Notes: generated by a model not told the origin, from the letters alone. 64,000 bases of DNA from Dehalococcoidia bacterium (GCA_965262725.1 OZ253555.1:1088001-1152000); one strand, 5' to 3'; counted from the stretch's first letter, positions 39,206 to 49,782 are shown. Numbers and translations are program-made.

Positions 39206-40480
39206 GTGCGCCTACCTGCCGACACCGGCCTCCGCGAACGCACCTTCGGGTCACTGCGTCACCGCGGATACCGGCTGCTCTGGTTCTCGATGCTCGCCTC
39301 GTTCGTCGGCAACCAGATGAGCATGGTGGCGCGCGGCTGGCTCGCGTTTCACCTGACCGGCGAGGCGAGCGCGATCGGCCTCGTGATGGTGGCGTGGGGA
39401 GTCCCGATGGCGGCGCTCGCGCTGATCGGCGGCGTGGTGGCGGATCGCTACAACAAGCGCCGCACGCTGCTCGGCACGCAGAGCGCGCAGGGGCTGATGG
39501 GCGTGGCCATCGCGATCTTGCTCTTCGCCGATGGGCTGGAACTGTGGCACCTCGTGGCATCCGGGTTCCTACAGGGCACGATGTTCGCCTTCATGGGGCC
39601 GACCCGGCAGGCTCTGCTTCCGCTGCTCGTGGGACCGAACCAGCTCGGCAACGCGATCGCGCTCAACAACGCGGCGATGAACCTCACGCGCATTCTGGGT
39701 CCCACCGCGGCCGGCATCCTGCTCGGCGTCGGCGGCGCGGCCTGGGTCTACGTGACTATGGCCTCCGCGTTCGCTCTGGTCGTGCTCCTGATCTGGCTCC
39801 TTCCCGACCCCGAAAGGGGCGCCGAGCACCGCGCCGCGCGCGCGGCGCAGGGCAGCGTGCTTGAGGAGATGGGGAAGGGGCTGCGCTACGTCTTCCACGA
39901 CAACCGGCTTCTCGCGTGGCTGATCGCGCTCGGGATGGTGCCGGTGATCCTCGGCTTTCCGTACCAGATGCTGCTCCCGGTCTTCCAGGAGGTCGTCTTC
40001 GAGGTCGAGCCATGGGGCCTTGGCGTCATGTACGGCGTCGGCGGCGTCGGCGCCCTCGTCGGTTCGCTTGTGGTCGCGGCCTACGCCGATCATCCGCGGG
40101 CGCCGCTGCTTCAGATCGCGGCGGGCGTCGGCTTTGGGGCCACGCTCGCCGCCTTCGCCTGGTCGCCGAGCTTCTGGGCGGCGCTGCCGCTCCTGGCCGT
40201 CGTCGGGCTGGTCTCGATGATGTTCATGTCGCTCAACAACACCCTCGTGCTCGGGGCCGCCGATCCGGGCTACCACGGGCGCGTGATGAGCATCTACATG
40301 ATGACGTTCTCGCTCGTGCCGCTCGGCGTGGTCCCGCTCTCTCTCGCGACCGACGCCTTCGGTGCGCCCGGCACGGTGGGCGCGTGCGGGATCGCGATCG
40401 CGGTGTTCATCGTGCTGATGGCGCGCCCGATGTTCGGGGCTGCCGAGCGCTCCCGCGTGCCGCACCCGGTGCGGAGTTAG
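39206..40480 (+). CDS. MFS transporter (DHA3/EntS-like)
   Basis: TFGSLRHRGYRLLW, GGVVADRYNKR, NAIALN..NLTRILGP, YHGRVMS; start GTG 39206 (or TTG 39197). Confidence 0.88.
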   Translation: MRLPADTGLRERTFGSLRHRGYRLLWFSMLASFVGNQMSMVARGWLAFHLTGEASAIGLVMVAWGVPMAALALIGGVVADRYNKRRTLLGTQSAQGLMGVAIAILLFADGLELWHLVASGFLQGTMFAFMGPTRQALLPLLVGPNQLGNAIALNNAAMNLTRILGPTAAGILLGVGGAAWVYVTMASAFALVVLLIWLLPDPERGAEHRAARAAQGSVLEEMGKGLRYVFHDNRLLAWLIALGMVPVILGFPYQMLLPVFQEVVFEVEPWGLGVMYGVGGVGALVGSLVVAAYADHPRAPLLQIAAGVGFGATLAAFAWSPSFWAALPLLAVVGLVSMMFMSLNNTLVLGAADPGYHGRVMSIYMMTFSLVPLGVVPLSLATDAFGAPGTVGACGIAIAVFIVLMARPMFGAAERSRVPHPVRS

Positions 40481-40627
40481 TCTCCTGCCGGCGTCCCGGC
40501 GGGCATAAGCTCGGCCCCGCCCGGCGGGTCGGCGCGCGGGCCACGCCGGGGGAGGCGCTGATGCGATGGCCCGGATCACCCCCGCGCAGAGCCGCGCGGA
40601 CCGGCGCCGTGGCGCCGAAGTCGGGTC

Positions 40628-41611
40628 TCAGCTCCCGAGACCGAGCGTCTCGATGAGCTCCCGCCATTCGCGGGGAGCGAGCCCGGAGCCCGGCCGCAGC
40701 GCCTCCGCTTCCTCCCGGCGGCCGGCGAGGAGTGCTCTGATCACGTCGAGCGCTCCCGCGGAGAGGTGCGCTCCCCCCAGCCGATAGTCGCAGAACGCCT
40801 CGTAGGCGGCGGGAACCCAGCGCCTCACCACCTCGTTCAGGATCGTCTCCGCATAGACCCGGATCTCGTACTGAGCGTGCGCGTCCGCCCGGAGGGAGAG
40901 GAAGTGCAGCAGGTTGTGCAGGTCCACCTTCCAGTACCATTGCGTGTAGAAGTTGAGGGAGATGCTCATGCGTGCGAGTTCGCGCGCGAGGCCGGACCGG
41001 TCGGGGTCGCGCGCACCGCCGCCGGGCCGCTCGTTCACGAGTTCCTCGTAGCGATCGTAGGCGCGCTCCGCATCCTCGCGCAGCAGCGCGAGGACCCGCC
41101 CCGCCTCCTCGCTTCCCATCAGCTCACCGCGCCCCTGCCGGTTGCTCGTGGACTGCTCCGCGAGCTGGGCCTCCTCCGGGACGTAAAACTCGCGGTCGAG
41201 GATGGAGTAGCGCGCCGAGTATTCATTGACGTTCGCGGTGCGGTGCCGGATCCACTGCCGCGCCACGAAGATTGGCAGCTTGACGTGCAGCTTGAGCTCG
41301 CACATCTCGAACGGTGTCGTGTGCCGGTGGCGCATCAGGTAGCGGATGAGCCCGCGGTCCTCGGAGACGCGACGCGTGCCCCGTCCGTAGGAGACGCGCG
41401 CCGCCTGGACGATCGCACCGTCGTCGCCCATGTAGTCGACGACGCGAACGAAGCCACGATCGAGGACCGGGAATGGGGTGTAGATCACGTCTTCGAGCGC
41501 AGGGACGGTGGCGCGCCTAGTCTCGCGGTGCTGCTCACGCAGCGCCTCCACCTCGATGCTCTGCTCCGGCGTCAGCCGTTCCTCGCCCGTTCTGCCGCTC
41601 CCCGCTCGCAT
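40628..41611 (-). CDS. thyX: FAD-dependent thymidylate synthase
   Basis: [14 protein letters not shown], ThyX motif [29 protein letters not shown]. Confidence 0.96.
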   Translation of the reverse strand: MRAGSGRTGEERLTPEQSIEVEALREQHRETRRATVPALEDVIYTPFPVLDRGFVRVVDYMGDDGAIVQAARVSYGRGTRRVSEDRGLIRYLMRHRHTTPFEMCELKLHVKLPIFVARQWIRHRTANVNEYSARYSILDREFYVPEEAQLAEQSTSNRQGRGELMGSEEAGRVLALLREDAERAYDRYEELVNERPGGGARDPDRSGLARELARMSISLNFYTQWYWKVDLHNLLHFLSLRADAHAQYEIRVYAETILNEVVRRWVPAAYEAFCDYRLGGAHLSAGALDVIRALLAGRREEAEALRPGSGLAPREWRELIETLGLGS

Positions 41612-41711
41612 CGCTCTCTCGCCAGCCGACGCATTCTATCGGTGCGCGCGTTTCCCGCGAGCACGGCACCGCCCGGTCCTCACCGCCGACCGTGTCGGCT
41701 ACCATGCCGCC

Positions 41712-42149
41712 ATGGCGGTCGGAGCGGGCCGGATCCGCGGCGAAGTGGTCCAGCGGCAGGAGCTGCTGGACGGGACCGTTCACCTCGTGCTCGAGGGCGG
41801 TGCGGGCGGGCTGCACCTGTCGGCGACCTTCTCGTGGCGGCTCGCCGGGGCGGGCGACGTCGAGCTCCGGGAAGGCGATCTCACGCTGGAGGACGGCTCG
41901 GATCCCGACGCCGCGAGTGAGCTCTATGCGCTCCTGGACTCGGGGACGTGCAGGGCCGACCCGGAGTCCGGCGATCTCCGCATCGAGTGCCTCTACCTGG
42001 TCGACGGCGTCGTCGGCGAGTGGCTGGTGCTGGGAGGAGCCGGCCGGGAGAACGGGCGCCTGACCTGTCGATTCGAGGTCGCTGCTGCCGAGTGGGTGGG
42101 CGAACTGGACGTTCCGGCTCCCGAGCTCCCCGGCGTTCCGGTGGGCTAG
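41712..42149 (+). CDS. hypothetical protein (beta-rich, acidic)
   Basis: 145-aa ORF with protein-like composition, divergent from thyX; stop is the TAG of the IS481 target. Confidence 0.6.
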   Translation: MAVGAGRIRGEVVQRQELLDGTVHLVLEGGAGGLHLSATFSWRLAGAGDVELREGDLTLEDGSDPDAASELYALLDSGTCRADPESGDLRIECLYLVDGVVGEWLVLGGAGRENGRLTCRFEVAAAEWVGELDVPAPELPGVPVG

Positions 42150-42659
42150 CTCCACTGCCCACGAACGTTGTCTACAGACGCGAGGCGTGGACAGCGTCGT
42201 CGATGCCGCCGTGCGGTCGTCGCGCATTGTATCGATAGAGCCACCGCGGGAGCTCGCGTAGCCGCTGGGCGTTGGAGCGGTACGGACGGGCATACGCCCA
42301 CTCGTCTTGCAGTATCCGGATGAAGCGCTCGGCCTTCCCGTTGGTCTGCGGGCGGTTCGGCCGCGTGTGCAACAGGCGCACGTGGGACGCCTCGGCCGCC
42401 GCAGGAAGGCTCGGGCGCTGGTGTAGTTCTTGGCGTTGTCGGTGAGCATGCCGCGCACCGCGCAGATGGCGCGCTCCAGCTGCGGCGCGATGCGCCGGGG
42501 GTGGGGTGCCGGGCTGCGGTCCTCGAGGCCCGGGGTTCCCGCCTCGCGGTAGCGGCGCACCCACATCGCGACCGTGGCGCGGGAGACTCGGAAGCGTCGG
42601 GCGACCGCGGCCTGAGACGACCGCCCCCTACCTGTACACAACCTCTATGGGAGCGACAG
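42150..42659 (-). mobile_element. internally deleted IS481-family element (~510 bp, non-autonomous)
   Basis: CTAG (in GCTAGC) at both ends; imperfect TIRs CTGTCGCTCCCATAGAGGTTGTGTACA / CTCCACTGCCCACGAACGTTGTCTACA; transposase fragments inside. Confidence 0.85.
42172..42620 (-). pseudogene. IS481 transposase remnant
   Basis: HTH (AAVARRFRVSRATVAMWVRRYR..GLEDRS) joined directly to LTDNAKNY, then a frameshift to RPNRPQTNGKAERFIRILQDEWAY..YNARRPH; first catalytic Asp region missing. Confidence 0.88.
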
Positions 42660-43931
42660 CTAGCCCCCGACGTACCGTCGGAAGAGGGCGCTCGCGTTCT
42701 GGCCGCCCAGGCCGAAGGAGTTGGAGAGCACCGCTCCCAGCCCGGGGGCCGGGCGCGCGTCGTTGGGGACGATATCCAGATCGCACTCCGGATCGGGCGT
42801 CTCGTGGTTGATGGTGGGCGGAATGCACTCCCTGGTGATCGCGAGCACCGAGGCGATCGCCTCGATGCCACCCGCCCCCGAGACGAGGTGCCCCGTCATC
42901 GACTTCGTCGACGAGATCGGGATCGCGTGCGCCCGCTCCTCGCCGAGCGCGAGCTTGATGGCGGCCGTCTCGGTGCGGTCGTTCAGCAGCGTGCTCGTCC
43001 CGTGGGCGTTGATGTAGTCGATCTCGCCCGGCGTCAGACCGGCGTCCTCCATTGCGCGGAGCATCGCGAGTGACTGGCCCTCGGCGTCAGGTGCCGTGTC
43101 GTCGGTGGCGTCAAAGGACCAGCCGACACCGGCCAGTTCGGCGTAGATGCGCGCTCCACGCGCCCGCGCGCCGTCCTCCGTCTCCAGCAGCAACACGCCG
43201 GCCCCCTCGCTGAGCACGAAGCCGTCCCGCCGCGCGTCGAACGGGCGGGAGGCGTGCTCCGGGTCTCCATTGTTCCTCGAGAGCGCGCCGAGGCGGCCCA
43301 TCGAGGCGAGCGCGAGGGGCGTCACCATTGCGTCGGAGCCTCCGGCCAGCACGGCGCGCGCACGCCCCAGGCGTATGAGCGAGAGCGCATGCCCGAGCGC
43401 GTCCGTCCCGGAGGCGCAGGCCGTGTTGATCGTCGTGTTGGGCCCGCGCACGCCCAGCAGACGCGCCACGCGCGCTGCGGCCATGTGCTGGCCGCGCTTG
43501 GTGATGATGAAGGGGTCGGCGCGGCCGGGACCGCGCTCCTCCGTGAGCTTCCACTCCTCGCCCATCTTGAAGGCGTCGCCCGAACTGGCCATCACCACGC
43601 CGAGCTCGTCGCGGACCGCGGGGTCCGCCGCGCCGTCCTCAAGCAGACCCGCATCCTCGAGCGCCTGGACGGCGGCTCCGACGGCGAGCTGGGCGAAGCG
43701 GCCCGTGCGCCGCGCCGTGCGTCGATCGAGATAGCGCTCGGGATCGAAGTCGAGCACTTCTCCTGCGATCTGGACGGGGTAGTCCGCGGGATCGAAGCAG
43801 CGGACGCGGCCGATCCCGTTCCTGCCCGAGCGTAGCCCCTCCCAGTACGACTCCACGTCGGTGCCGATCGGCGTGATGGCTCCGAGACCGGTGACGACCA
43901 CGCGGGGTAGAACGCGCGGCCCGCGGGTCAT
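42660..43931 (-). CDS. fabF: beta-ketoacyl-ACP synthase II
   Basis: RVVVTGLG, TACASG (Cys), RPFD..RDGFV..EGAG, INAHGTST, STKSMTGH, SNSFGLGG.N. Confidence 0.92.
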   Translation of the reverse strand: MTRGPRVLPRVVVTGLGAITPIGTDVESYWEGLRSGRNGIGRVRCFDPADYPVQIAGEVLDFDPERYLDRRTARRTGRFAQLAVGAAVQALEDAGLLEDGAADPAVRDELGVVMASSGDAFKMGEEWKLTEERGPGRADPFIITKRGQHMAAARVARLLGVRGPNTTINTACASGTDALGHALSLIRLGRARAVLAGGSDAMVTPLALASMGRLGALSRNNGDPEHASRPFDARRDGFVLSEGAGVLLLETEDGARARGARIYAELAGVGWSFDATDDTAPDAEGQSLAMLRAMEDAGLTPGEIDYINAHGTSTLLNDRTETAAIKLALGEERAHAIPISSTKSMTGHLVSGAGGIEAIASVLAITRECIPPTINHETPDPECDLDIVPNDARPAPGLGAVLSNSFGLGGQNASALFRRYVGG

Positions 43932-44803
43932 ACAGAGTTCGCTTGGAGGTTCTGCAGGAACTCGCGGATGTTCAGGGCGAGATGGGCCGGCTGATCGGAG
44001 GGCACCGGATGGCCGGCGTCCTCGATGAGCGACACCCGCGACCCGACGATGCGTCGGTGCAGCCGCTGGATCGCCTCCGGCGTCAGCATGTCCGTCTCCG
44101 CGCCGCGCACGATCATCACCGGGCACTGCACGCGATCGGCGCACTCCCAGAGATCGGCGAGCCGGCGCTGTCCGGGATCGGGCTCCGGCGGGCGCAGGGA
44201 CGCGTCGCGCAGTGCGGGGTCGAAAGCCCACACCAGCCCGCCGTCCGTCCCCTCGGCGAGCGCGCTGCGCGCGCGGCGCCCCAGCTGCTCGTCGGTGGCG
44301 TAGGGGAAGAAGGGTCGCATCGACTCGACGGCCTCATCGAGGCTCTCGAACTCGTCGGCGCTGCCAACCATGCGGCGCAGTCGCTCGACGCCCCCGCGCA
44401 GAACCTCCGGAGCCGCCTCGACCACGATCAGCGCCGTGACGATGTCCGGGTGCTCGCTTCCGTAGCAGAGGGCGTTTGCGCCTCCCATGCCGTGGCCGAC
44501 GAGCGTGAGGCTGCGCAGCCCCAGGTTCTCCACGAAGGCCTCGATGTCCTCGACCTGCGTGGCACGGGTGTAGTCGAAGTCGGGAGCGTGAGCGCTCTGC
44601 CCGTGGCCACGCTGGTCAAGCGCGAGCACGCGGTACTCACGTGCGAGATCCTGGGCAGTCTCGTCCCAGACGGAGGCCGTCTCCGCGTAGCCGTGAAGCA
44701 TCAATACAGCTTGCCGAGTACGGACGTCGCTCCACTCGCGGTAGTGGAGGCGCAAGCCGTTGACCTCGACGAACTCGTCGCGTGCCTTGTTGCTGCTCGC
44801 CAT
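43928..44803 (-). CDS. alpha/beta fold hydrolase-like protein lacking the nucleophilic serine
   Basis: LHG, LDQRGHGQS, LVGHGMGG at the nucleophile elbow, C-terminal DAGH; ATGA overlap with fabF. Confidence 0.88.
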   Translation of the reverse strand: MASSNKARDEFVEVNGLRLHYREWSDVRTRQAVLMLHGYAETASVWDETAQDLAREYRVLALDQRGHGQSAHAPDFDYTRATQVEDIEAFVENLGLRSLTLVGHGMGGANALCYGSEHPDIVTALIVVEAAPEVLRGGVERLRRMVGSADEFESLDEAVESMRPFFPYATDEQLGRRARSALAEGTDGGLVWAFDPALRDASLRPPEPDPGQRRLADLWECADRVQCPVMIVRGAETDMLTPEAIQRLHRRIVGSRVSLIEDAGHPVPSDQPAHLALNIREFLQNLQANSV

Positions 44804-45010
44804 GGGCGGGCGTATCCCTTCGGTGGCGCTTCGCTCGGTCCGCTGCTGCCGCATCCACCCGGGAATCGGCCGGGCCTGGTGCGCGACCATCCGATGAGCG
44901 ACGGGCGGGATCGGCTTCGCTCTGCGGCCTCTCGTCGTGGCCGGGGGGCTCGGATCTCATCCTAGCATCGCCTGCTGCAAGCCGCCCCGCGGGCCGCGGC
45001 GACCCGAGAC

Positions 45011-45991
45011 CTAGAGCACGGCCACGAGCGCGAGCGCCTCGGGCACGCTCTCAGCGAGCATGCGCCACTGTCCGCCGCGGTCGTGGGAGGCCCAGAGGCA
45101 TCCGCCCGCGGCCACGAAGGCAGTGTCGGCGACGCCGTGCAGGCGGCAGATGGCGGGCAACGCTGGCCAGGAGTCGGCGTCACCCAGCGTCACCCGCCGC
45201 CACGCGACCCCGCCGTCGGTCGAGCGGAAGAGAGCGGCCTCCGAGCCCTCCCGGCCGGGGCGTGATCGTCGGGCGGCGGCCAGCAGGATCACATCGCTCA
45301 CCCCGGGGAGAACGGCCGCGTCCCCAATCAGGCTCCGGTCGAGTCCGCCGAGCGACTGCACCCAGCTGGCGCTCCCGTCCTGGCTGCGGAAGAAGCCGGC
45401 CCTGGTGGCGGCGTAGGCGTACTCGGGCTGCTCGGGGTGCTCCCAGACACCGCGCACGTCGGAGGGGAGGCCTTCTGCGGAGCGCAGCCAGCTCCATCCA
45501 CCATCGTGGGAGATCCACGCGCCAGCGCCGTCGACGCCGGCGAGCCAGCCGTCGCCGGCGAAGCAGAGCCCCGTCACCGCAAGCGCCCCGTGGACGGGTC
45601 GCCGGACACTCGGTGTGTTGCGGAGCGCGGCGCCGAGACCCGGGCGCTCCTGCCAGCTCTCCCCTCCGTCGTCCGAGGTGACGACGCCGGCTGGCTCGAC
45701 TCCGGCGAGGAGCAACCCGCCCGGTCCGACACGAACGCAGTGCGCCGATCCTTCCCGGCATCGACGCCAATCGCCAGCTCCGCGGCGAACCCAGATGCCC
45801 GCCGTCGACCCGGCGATCGCGAGAACGCTCGGCAGCCGTCCGTCGCGGCCGGTCTGCGGTGCGGCATCGAGCGAGGTGACGGGCACGCCGCCGAGCTCGG
45901 CGGACGAGAGCTCTAGGACGAGCGGCTCGCCCGGGACGAGGCGCGAGATGCCCTGGGCGCCGCCGAGGAGCACGCCGAGCGCGGGATGCAC
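45011..45991 (-). CDS. beta-propeller protein with BNR/Asp-box repeats
   Basis: repeated SxDGGxxW: SDDGGESW, SHDGGWSW, SQDGSASW, STDGGVAW, SHDRGGQW. Confidence 0.8.
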   Translation of the reverse strand: MHPALGVLLGGAQGISRLVPGEPLVLELSSAELGGVPVTSLDAAPQTGRDGRLPSVLAIAGSTAGIWVRRGAGDWRRCREGSAHCVRVGPGGLLLAGVEPAGVVTSDDGGESWQERPGLGAALRNTPSVRRPVHGALAVTGLCFAGDGWLAGVDGAGAWISHDGGWSWLRSAEGLPSDVRGVWEHPEQPEYAYAATRAGFFRSQDGSASWVQSLGGLDRSLIGDAAVLPGVSDVILLAAARRSRPGREGSEAALFRSTDGGVAWRRVTLGDADSWPALPAICRLHGVADTAFVAAGGCLWASHDRGGQWRMLAESVPEALALVAVL

Positions 45992-46003
45992 CGGCTACCG
46001 TGC

Positions 46004-46852
46004 TCAGGTGCGCGCGGCTCGACGCGCGCGCACCGCGGATATCAGCTCCGGCAGGATGTCGCCCGCAGGGCCGCGGCAGCTCACCTCGGCGTATCCGGTG
46101 AGCGGCGTCGGCTCCGGGTTCACCTCGACGAGCGTCGCACCGCGCTGCCACGCGAGCAGCGGGAAGCCCGCAGCCGGCATCACGACGGCCGATGTGCCCA
46201 CGACGAGAAAGCAATCGGCGCGGCGCGTCTCGGTGTCGCATCGTGTGAGCGCCTCGGCGGGAATCGGCTCGCCGAACATCACGGTGTCGTCCTTCACCAC
46301 GCCCGCGCAGCCAGGGCGGCTGCACCGCGGCGGGAGCGTGCTCTCGTCGACGGGGAACTCGCGCGCCGGCCAGCGCGCGCCGCAGTCCAGGCAGCGCATC
46401 CAGTGCCGGTTGCCGTGGATCTCCGTGATCTCCTGCTGCCCCGCGCGGCGGTGCAGGTCGTCGACGTTCTGCGTGATCAGGTGACGCACGATGCCGAGGC
46501 GCTCGAGTTCCGCAATCGCCTCGTGGGCGGCGTTCGGCTGCGCCTCGTCCACGGCGCGCGCGAAGCTCTCCGGGTCTGCCTGCTCCGTCCGTCGCCGGTC
46601 GAGCCGTTGCCGCCACCATCCAGCGGTGTCCTCGAGGAAGACTTGGAAGCCGTTCATCGGCGGCTCGCCGTTGACCGTCCACAGTCCGCCCTCGCCGCGG
46701 AACGTCGGGATGCCCGACTCCTTCGACACGCCGGCGCCCGTCAGCACGACTACGTACTGCGCCCGGGCGAGGAACTCGCCGGCGCGATCGATCTCCGCTG
46801 CGAGTCCGCCGTCGCGCTGCCCGTCGGCCGCCGAGGAATCCGCGTCGCCCAT
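46004..46852 (-). CDS. cobB: NAD-dependent protein deacylase (sirtuin)
   Basis: [31 protein letters not shown], CxxC...C..C zinc motif, FGE, VGTS. Confidence 0.93.
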   Translation of the reverse strand: MGDADSSAADGQRDGGLAAEIDRAGEFLARAQYVVVLTGAGVSKESGIPTFRGEGGLWTVNGEPPMNGFQVFLEDTAGWWRQRLDRRRTEQADPESFARAVDEAQPNAAHEAIAELERLGIVRHLITQNVDDLHRRAGQQEITEIHGNRHWMRCLDCGARWPAREFPVDESTLPPRCSRPGCAGVVKDDTVMFGEPIPAEALTRCDTETRRADCFLVVGTSAVVMPAAGFPLLAWQRGATLVEVNPEPTPLTGYAEVSCRGPAGDILPELISAVRARRAART

Positions 46853-46967
46853 GGAGCCATCGTAACGGCCCGGCGAGCAGGGACGCGACGGTCTGTCTCC
46901 GACGCATCTCCTATGCTGTCTATGGTGAGAAGGCCGCGCAGAGGGCGGAGCATGCAGGAGGCAGGCG

Positions 46968-47579
46968 GTGGCGCGGTTGCGTGATGTCAGGACGCTGGGC
47001 CGCGCCGCGGTCGTCGCCGCCGTCGTGCTCACGATCGCGGGGATCGTCCTCCAGCGCGAGGTGCTGACCCGGGACGACGGTGAGCGGATCGGCGCCACCG
47101 ACGGACAGCGCCCCCGCGAGGGGGAGCCCGCGCCGGACTTCACTTTGCTCTCCGCGGAGGGGGAGCGCGTCGCGCTCTCCGACTTCCGCGGCAAGACGGT
47201 CGTCCTCAATTTCTGGGCGACTTGGTGCCCCCCTTGCCGTGCCGAGATGCCGGAGCTGCAGGCGGTGTGGGAGGAACGCGGCGAGGGTGAGGACCTGGTC
47301 GTTCTCGCGGTCGACGTCGGGGAACGTGCAGATGAGGTGCTGGCCTTCGTCGAGAACTTCGAACTGACGTTCCCCGTCGCTCTCGATGTCGACGGCTCCG
47401 TTGCCGACCACTACGGTCTCCCCGGGCTCCCGTCGACGTTCTTCATCGACGCCGAAGGCGTGCTGCGCTCACAGGTTCTAGGCCCCGTCTTCGGAGATCT
47501 CCTGGAGGCGGGTATCGCGGCAGCGGACGCGGGCGGCGCCCCCGAGCGCCCGACCTCTGCTCGCCCGCCGGCGCGGTGA
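46968..47579 (+). CDS. TlpA/ResA family thiol-disulfide oxidoreductase, membrane-anchored
   Basis: N-terminal [33 protein letters not shown]; SD AGGAGG. Confidence 0.93.
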   Translation: MARLRDVRTLGRAAVVAAVVLTIAGIVLQREVLTRDDGERIGATDGQRPREGEPAPDFTLLSAEGERVALSDFRGKTVVLNFWATWCPPCRAEMPELQAVWEERGEGEDLVVLAVDVGERADEVLAFVENFELTFPVALDVDGSVADHYGLPGLPSTFFIDAEGVLRSQVLGPVFGDLLEAGIAAADAGGAPERPTSARPPAR

Positions 47580-47595
47580 GCGTCGGGGACGCGCG

Positions 47596-49236
47596 GTGTT
47601 CGTCTACCGCTACGAGGATCTGCGTTTCGAATCGCGACGCTCGCCGCTGATCACGCGGCGCGCCGCCGTCGCGACCAGCCAGCCTCTCGCCGCTCATGTC
47701 GGTCTCGAGATCCTGCAATCGGGCGGCAACGCTGCCGACGCCGCCGTCGCCACGGCGGCCGCGCTGAACGTCGTTGAGCCGACGATGACGGGGATCGGCG
47801 GGGACTGCTTCGCGCTCTACTTCGATGCGGCGAGCCGGGCGGTGCACGCCGTCAACGGGAGCGGACGCGCCCCGGCGGCACTCACCCTCGCCGAGCTCAA
47901 GCGCCGGGGCGTGCGCGGCGTTCTGCCGCAGCGGAGCGCGCTGGCGGTCACAGTGCCCGGTGCCGCGGCGGGGTGGTCCGACACGGTGGATCGGCACGGG
48001 CGCCTCGCGCTCGCCGACGTGCTCGCCCCGGCGATCGCGCTCGCCGAGGAGGGGGCTCCGGTCTCGCCGCTCGTGGCCTACCTCTGGGCCCAGGGGGAGC
48101 CGCACCTTAGGCAGGGGCCGCACGCGGACGAGATGCTGCTCGGGGGCCGCCCCCCCCGGGCCGGGGAGATCTGGCGCAATCCGACTCTCGCGCGAACCCT
48201 CCGAGCCGTAGCCGGAGGCGGAGCCGAGGGCTTCTACACCGGTCGCATCGCCGAGGCGATTTGCGCAGTCGTGCACGAGCTCGGCGGCGTGCTGACGACC
48301 GGCGACCTCGCCGCGCACCGCTCGACCTTCGAGGCGCCGATCCGCGCCCGCTACGGGGATCACTGGATCTACGAGTGTGCCCCGCCCGGGCAGGGTCTGG
48401 CGGCGCTGATGGCGCTTCAAATCGCCGCAGGACTCCCGCTGGAGGGTCGGGAACCGCGCTCGGCCGAGGCGCTCCATCTGCTGATCGAGGCGATGCGGCT
48501 TGCCTTCGCTGACGCCCGACGCTATGTCGCCGATCCGGCCTTCGCCGACGTGCCGGTCGAGGCGCTGCTCGATCCCTCCTACGCCGCCGGACGGCGCGCG
48601 CTCATCGACGCGACGCGCGCGACGATCGACCCGGTTGCGGGCTCGCCGGGTGCGACATCGGACACGGTTTATCTCGCCGTGGTCGACGAGGAGGGGAACG
48701 CCTGCAGCTTCATCAACAGCAACTACAACGGGTTCGGCACCGGCATCGTGCCGGAGGGATGCGGCTTCACGCTGCAGAACCGCGGCCGGGGATTCTCGCT
48801 CGATCCGGCGCATCCGAACGCGGTGGCGCCCGGGAAGCGGCCGTACCACACGATCCTTCCCGGGCTTGTGACGCACGCCGATGGAGAGCTCTACGCCTGC
48901 TTCGGCGTGATGGGCGCCTTCATGCAACCGCAGGGCCACCTGCAGCTACTGGTGAACCTCCTGACGCACCGGATGGATCCGCAGTCGGCCCTCGACGCGC
49001 CGCGCTTCCGCATCGTTGCCGAGGAGGAGGGCGGTCGCATCCAGGTCGAGGACGGGATCCCCGATCACGTGATCGAGCGGCTCGCTCGGCTCGGCCATCC
49101 CGTGGAGCGCGTGACCGGCGTCTATCGCGCGAGCGGTAGACTGGGCCGCGGGCAGGTGATCGCGCGCGATCGCGACTCCGGGGTGCTGTGGTCGGGGTCG
49201 GACGGGCGCGCCGACGGCGCGGCGGTCGGCTACTAG
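47596..49236 (+). CDS. ggt: gamma-glutamyltransferase
   Basis: GGNAADAAVA, GIGGDCF, VPG, nucleophile SDT, LQNRG, PGKRPYHT, MGAFMQPQG. Confidence 0.93.
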   Translation: MFVYRYEDLRFESRRSPLITRRAAVATSQPLAAHVGLEILQSGGNAADAAVATAAALNVVEPTMTGIGGDCFALYFDAASRAVHAVNGSGRAPAALTLAELKRRGVRGVLPQRSALAVTVPGAAAGWSDTVDRHGRLALADVLAPAIALAEEGAPVSPLVAYLWAQGEPHLRQGPHADEMLLGGRPPRAGEIWRNPTLARTLRAVAGGGAEGFYTGRIAEAICAVVHELGGVLTTGDLAAHRSTFEAPIRARYGDHWIYECAPPGQGLAALMALQIAAGLPLEGREPRSAEALHLLIEAMRLAFADARRYVADPAFADVPVEALLDPSYAAGRRALIDATRATIDPVAGSPGATSDTVYLAVVDEEGNACSFINSNYNGFGTGIVPEGCGFTLQNRGRGFSLDPAHPNAVAPGKRPYHTILPGLVTHADGELYACFGVMGAFMQPQGHLQLLVNLLTHRMDPQSALDAPRFRIVAEEEGGRIQVEDGIPDHVIERLARLGHPVERVTGVYRASGRLGRGQVIARDRDSGVLWSGSDGRADGAAVGY

Positions 49237-49281
49237 GGAGTAGACGCGGCCGGACGAGCGTGCGGCGGCGAGGAGGGCGAG

Positions 49282-49716
49282 ATGGTCGACTCGATGACGG
49301 CGAAGGAGATGCTCTCCTTCCTCGATGAGAAGCCGCGCGCCGGCTATCTGGTCTTCACTTCGATCGGTCCCCGCGGCTACCCCCACTCGGTGCCGCTCTC
49401 CTACTTTCGGGTCGGCACCGACCTTGTGATGGGGGCCCGCGCTGGCACGCAGAAGCTGCGCAACGTGGAGCGTGACCCCCGCGTCTCAATCTCCCTAGAA
49501 GACGGCAACTCTCTCGATACGCTGCGCGGCCTGCTGATCGAGGGGGACGCCCGCGTCGTTGCCGGGGGCGCGGAGTCGCTGGAGCTAGCACGGGAGGGCG
49601 CGCGGGCACGCGGTACGCCCGAGTCGGAGCTCCCGACGGAGCTTCGGCCCGGCACCGCCTACATCCGCGTCACGCCGCGGCGGTGGATCTCGTGGGACTA
49701 CTCGAAGAGCGAGTAG
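49282..49716 (+). CDS. pyridoxamine 5'-phosphate oxidase (PPOX/FDOR) family protein, probably F420-binding
   Basis: G.PHSVP, QKLRNVERDPRVS, IRVTPRRWISWDYSK. Confidence 0.85.
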   Translation: MVDSMTAKEMLSFLDEKPRAGYLVFTSIGPRGYPHSVPLSYFRVGTDLVMGARAGTQKLRNVERDPRVSISLEDGNSLDTLRGLLIEGDARVVAGGAESLELAREGARARGTPESELPTELRPGTAYIRVTPRRWISWDYSKSE

Positions 49717-49782
49717 GATTGCACTCGGACGGTGCGCTGCTTGACTGCCCGCTCAGCGGAGGCGCAGAGGGGAACATCGGTG

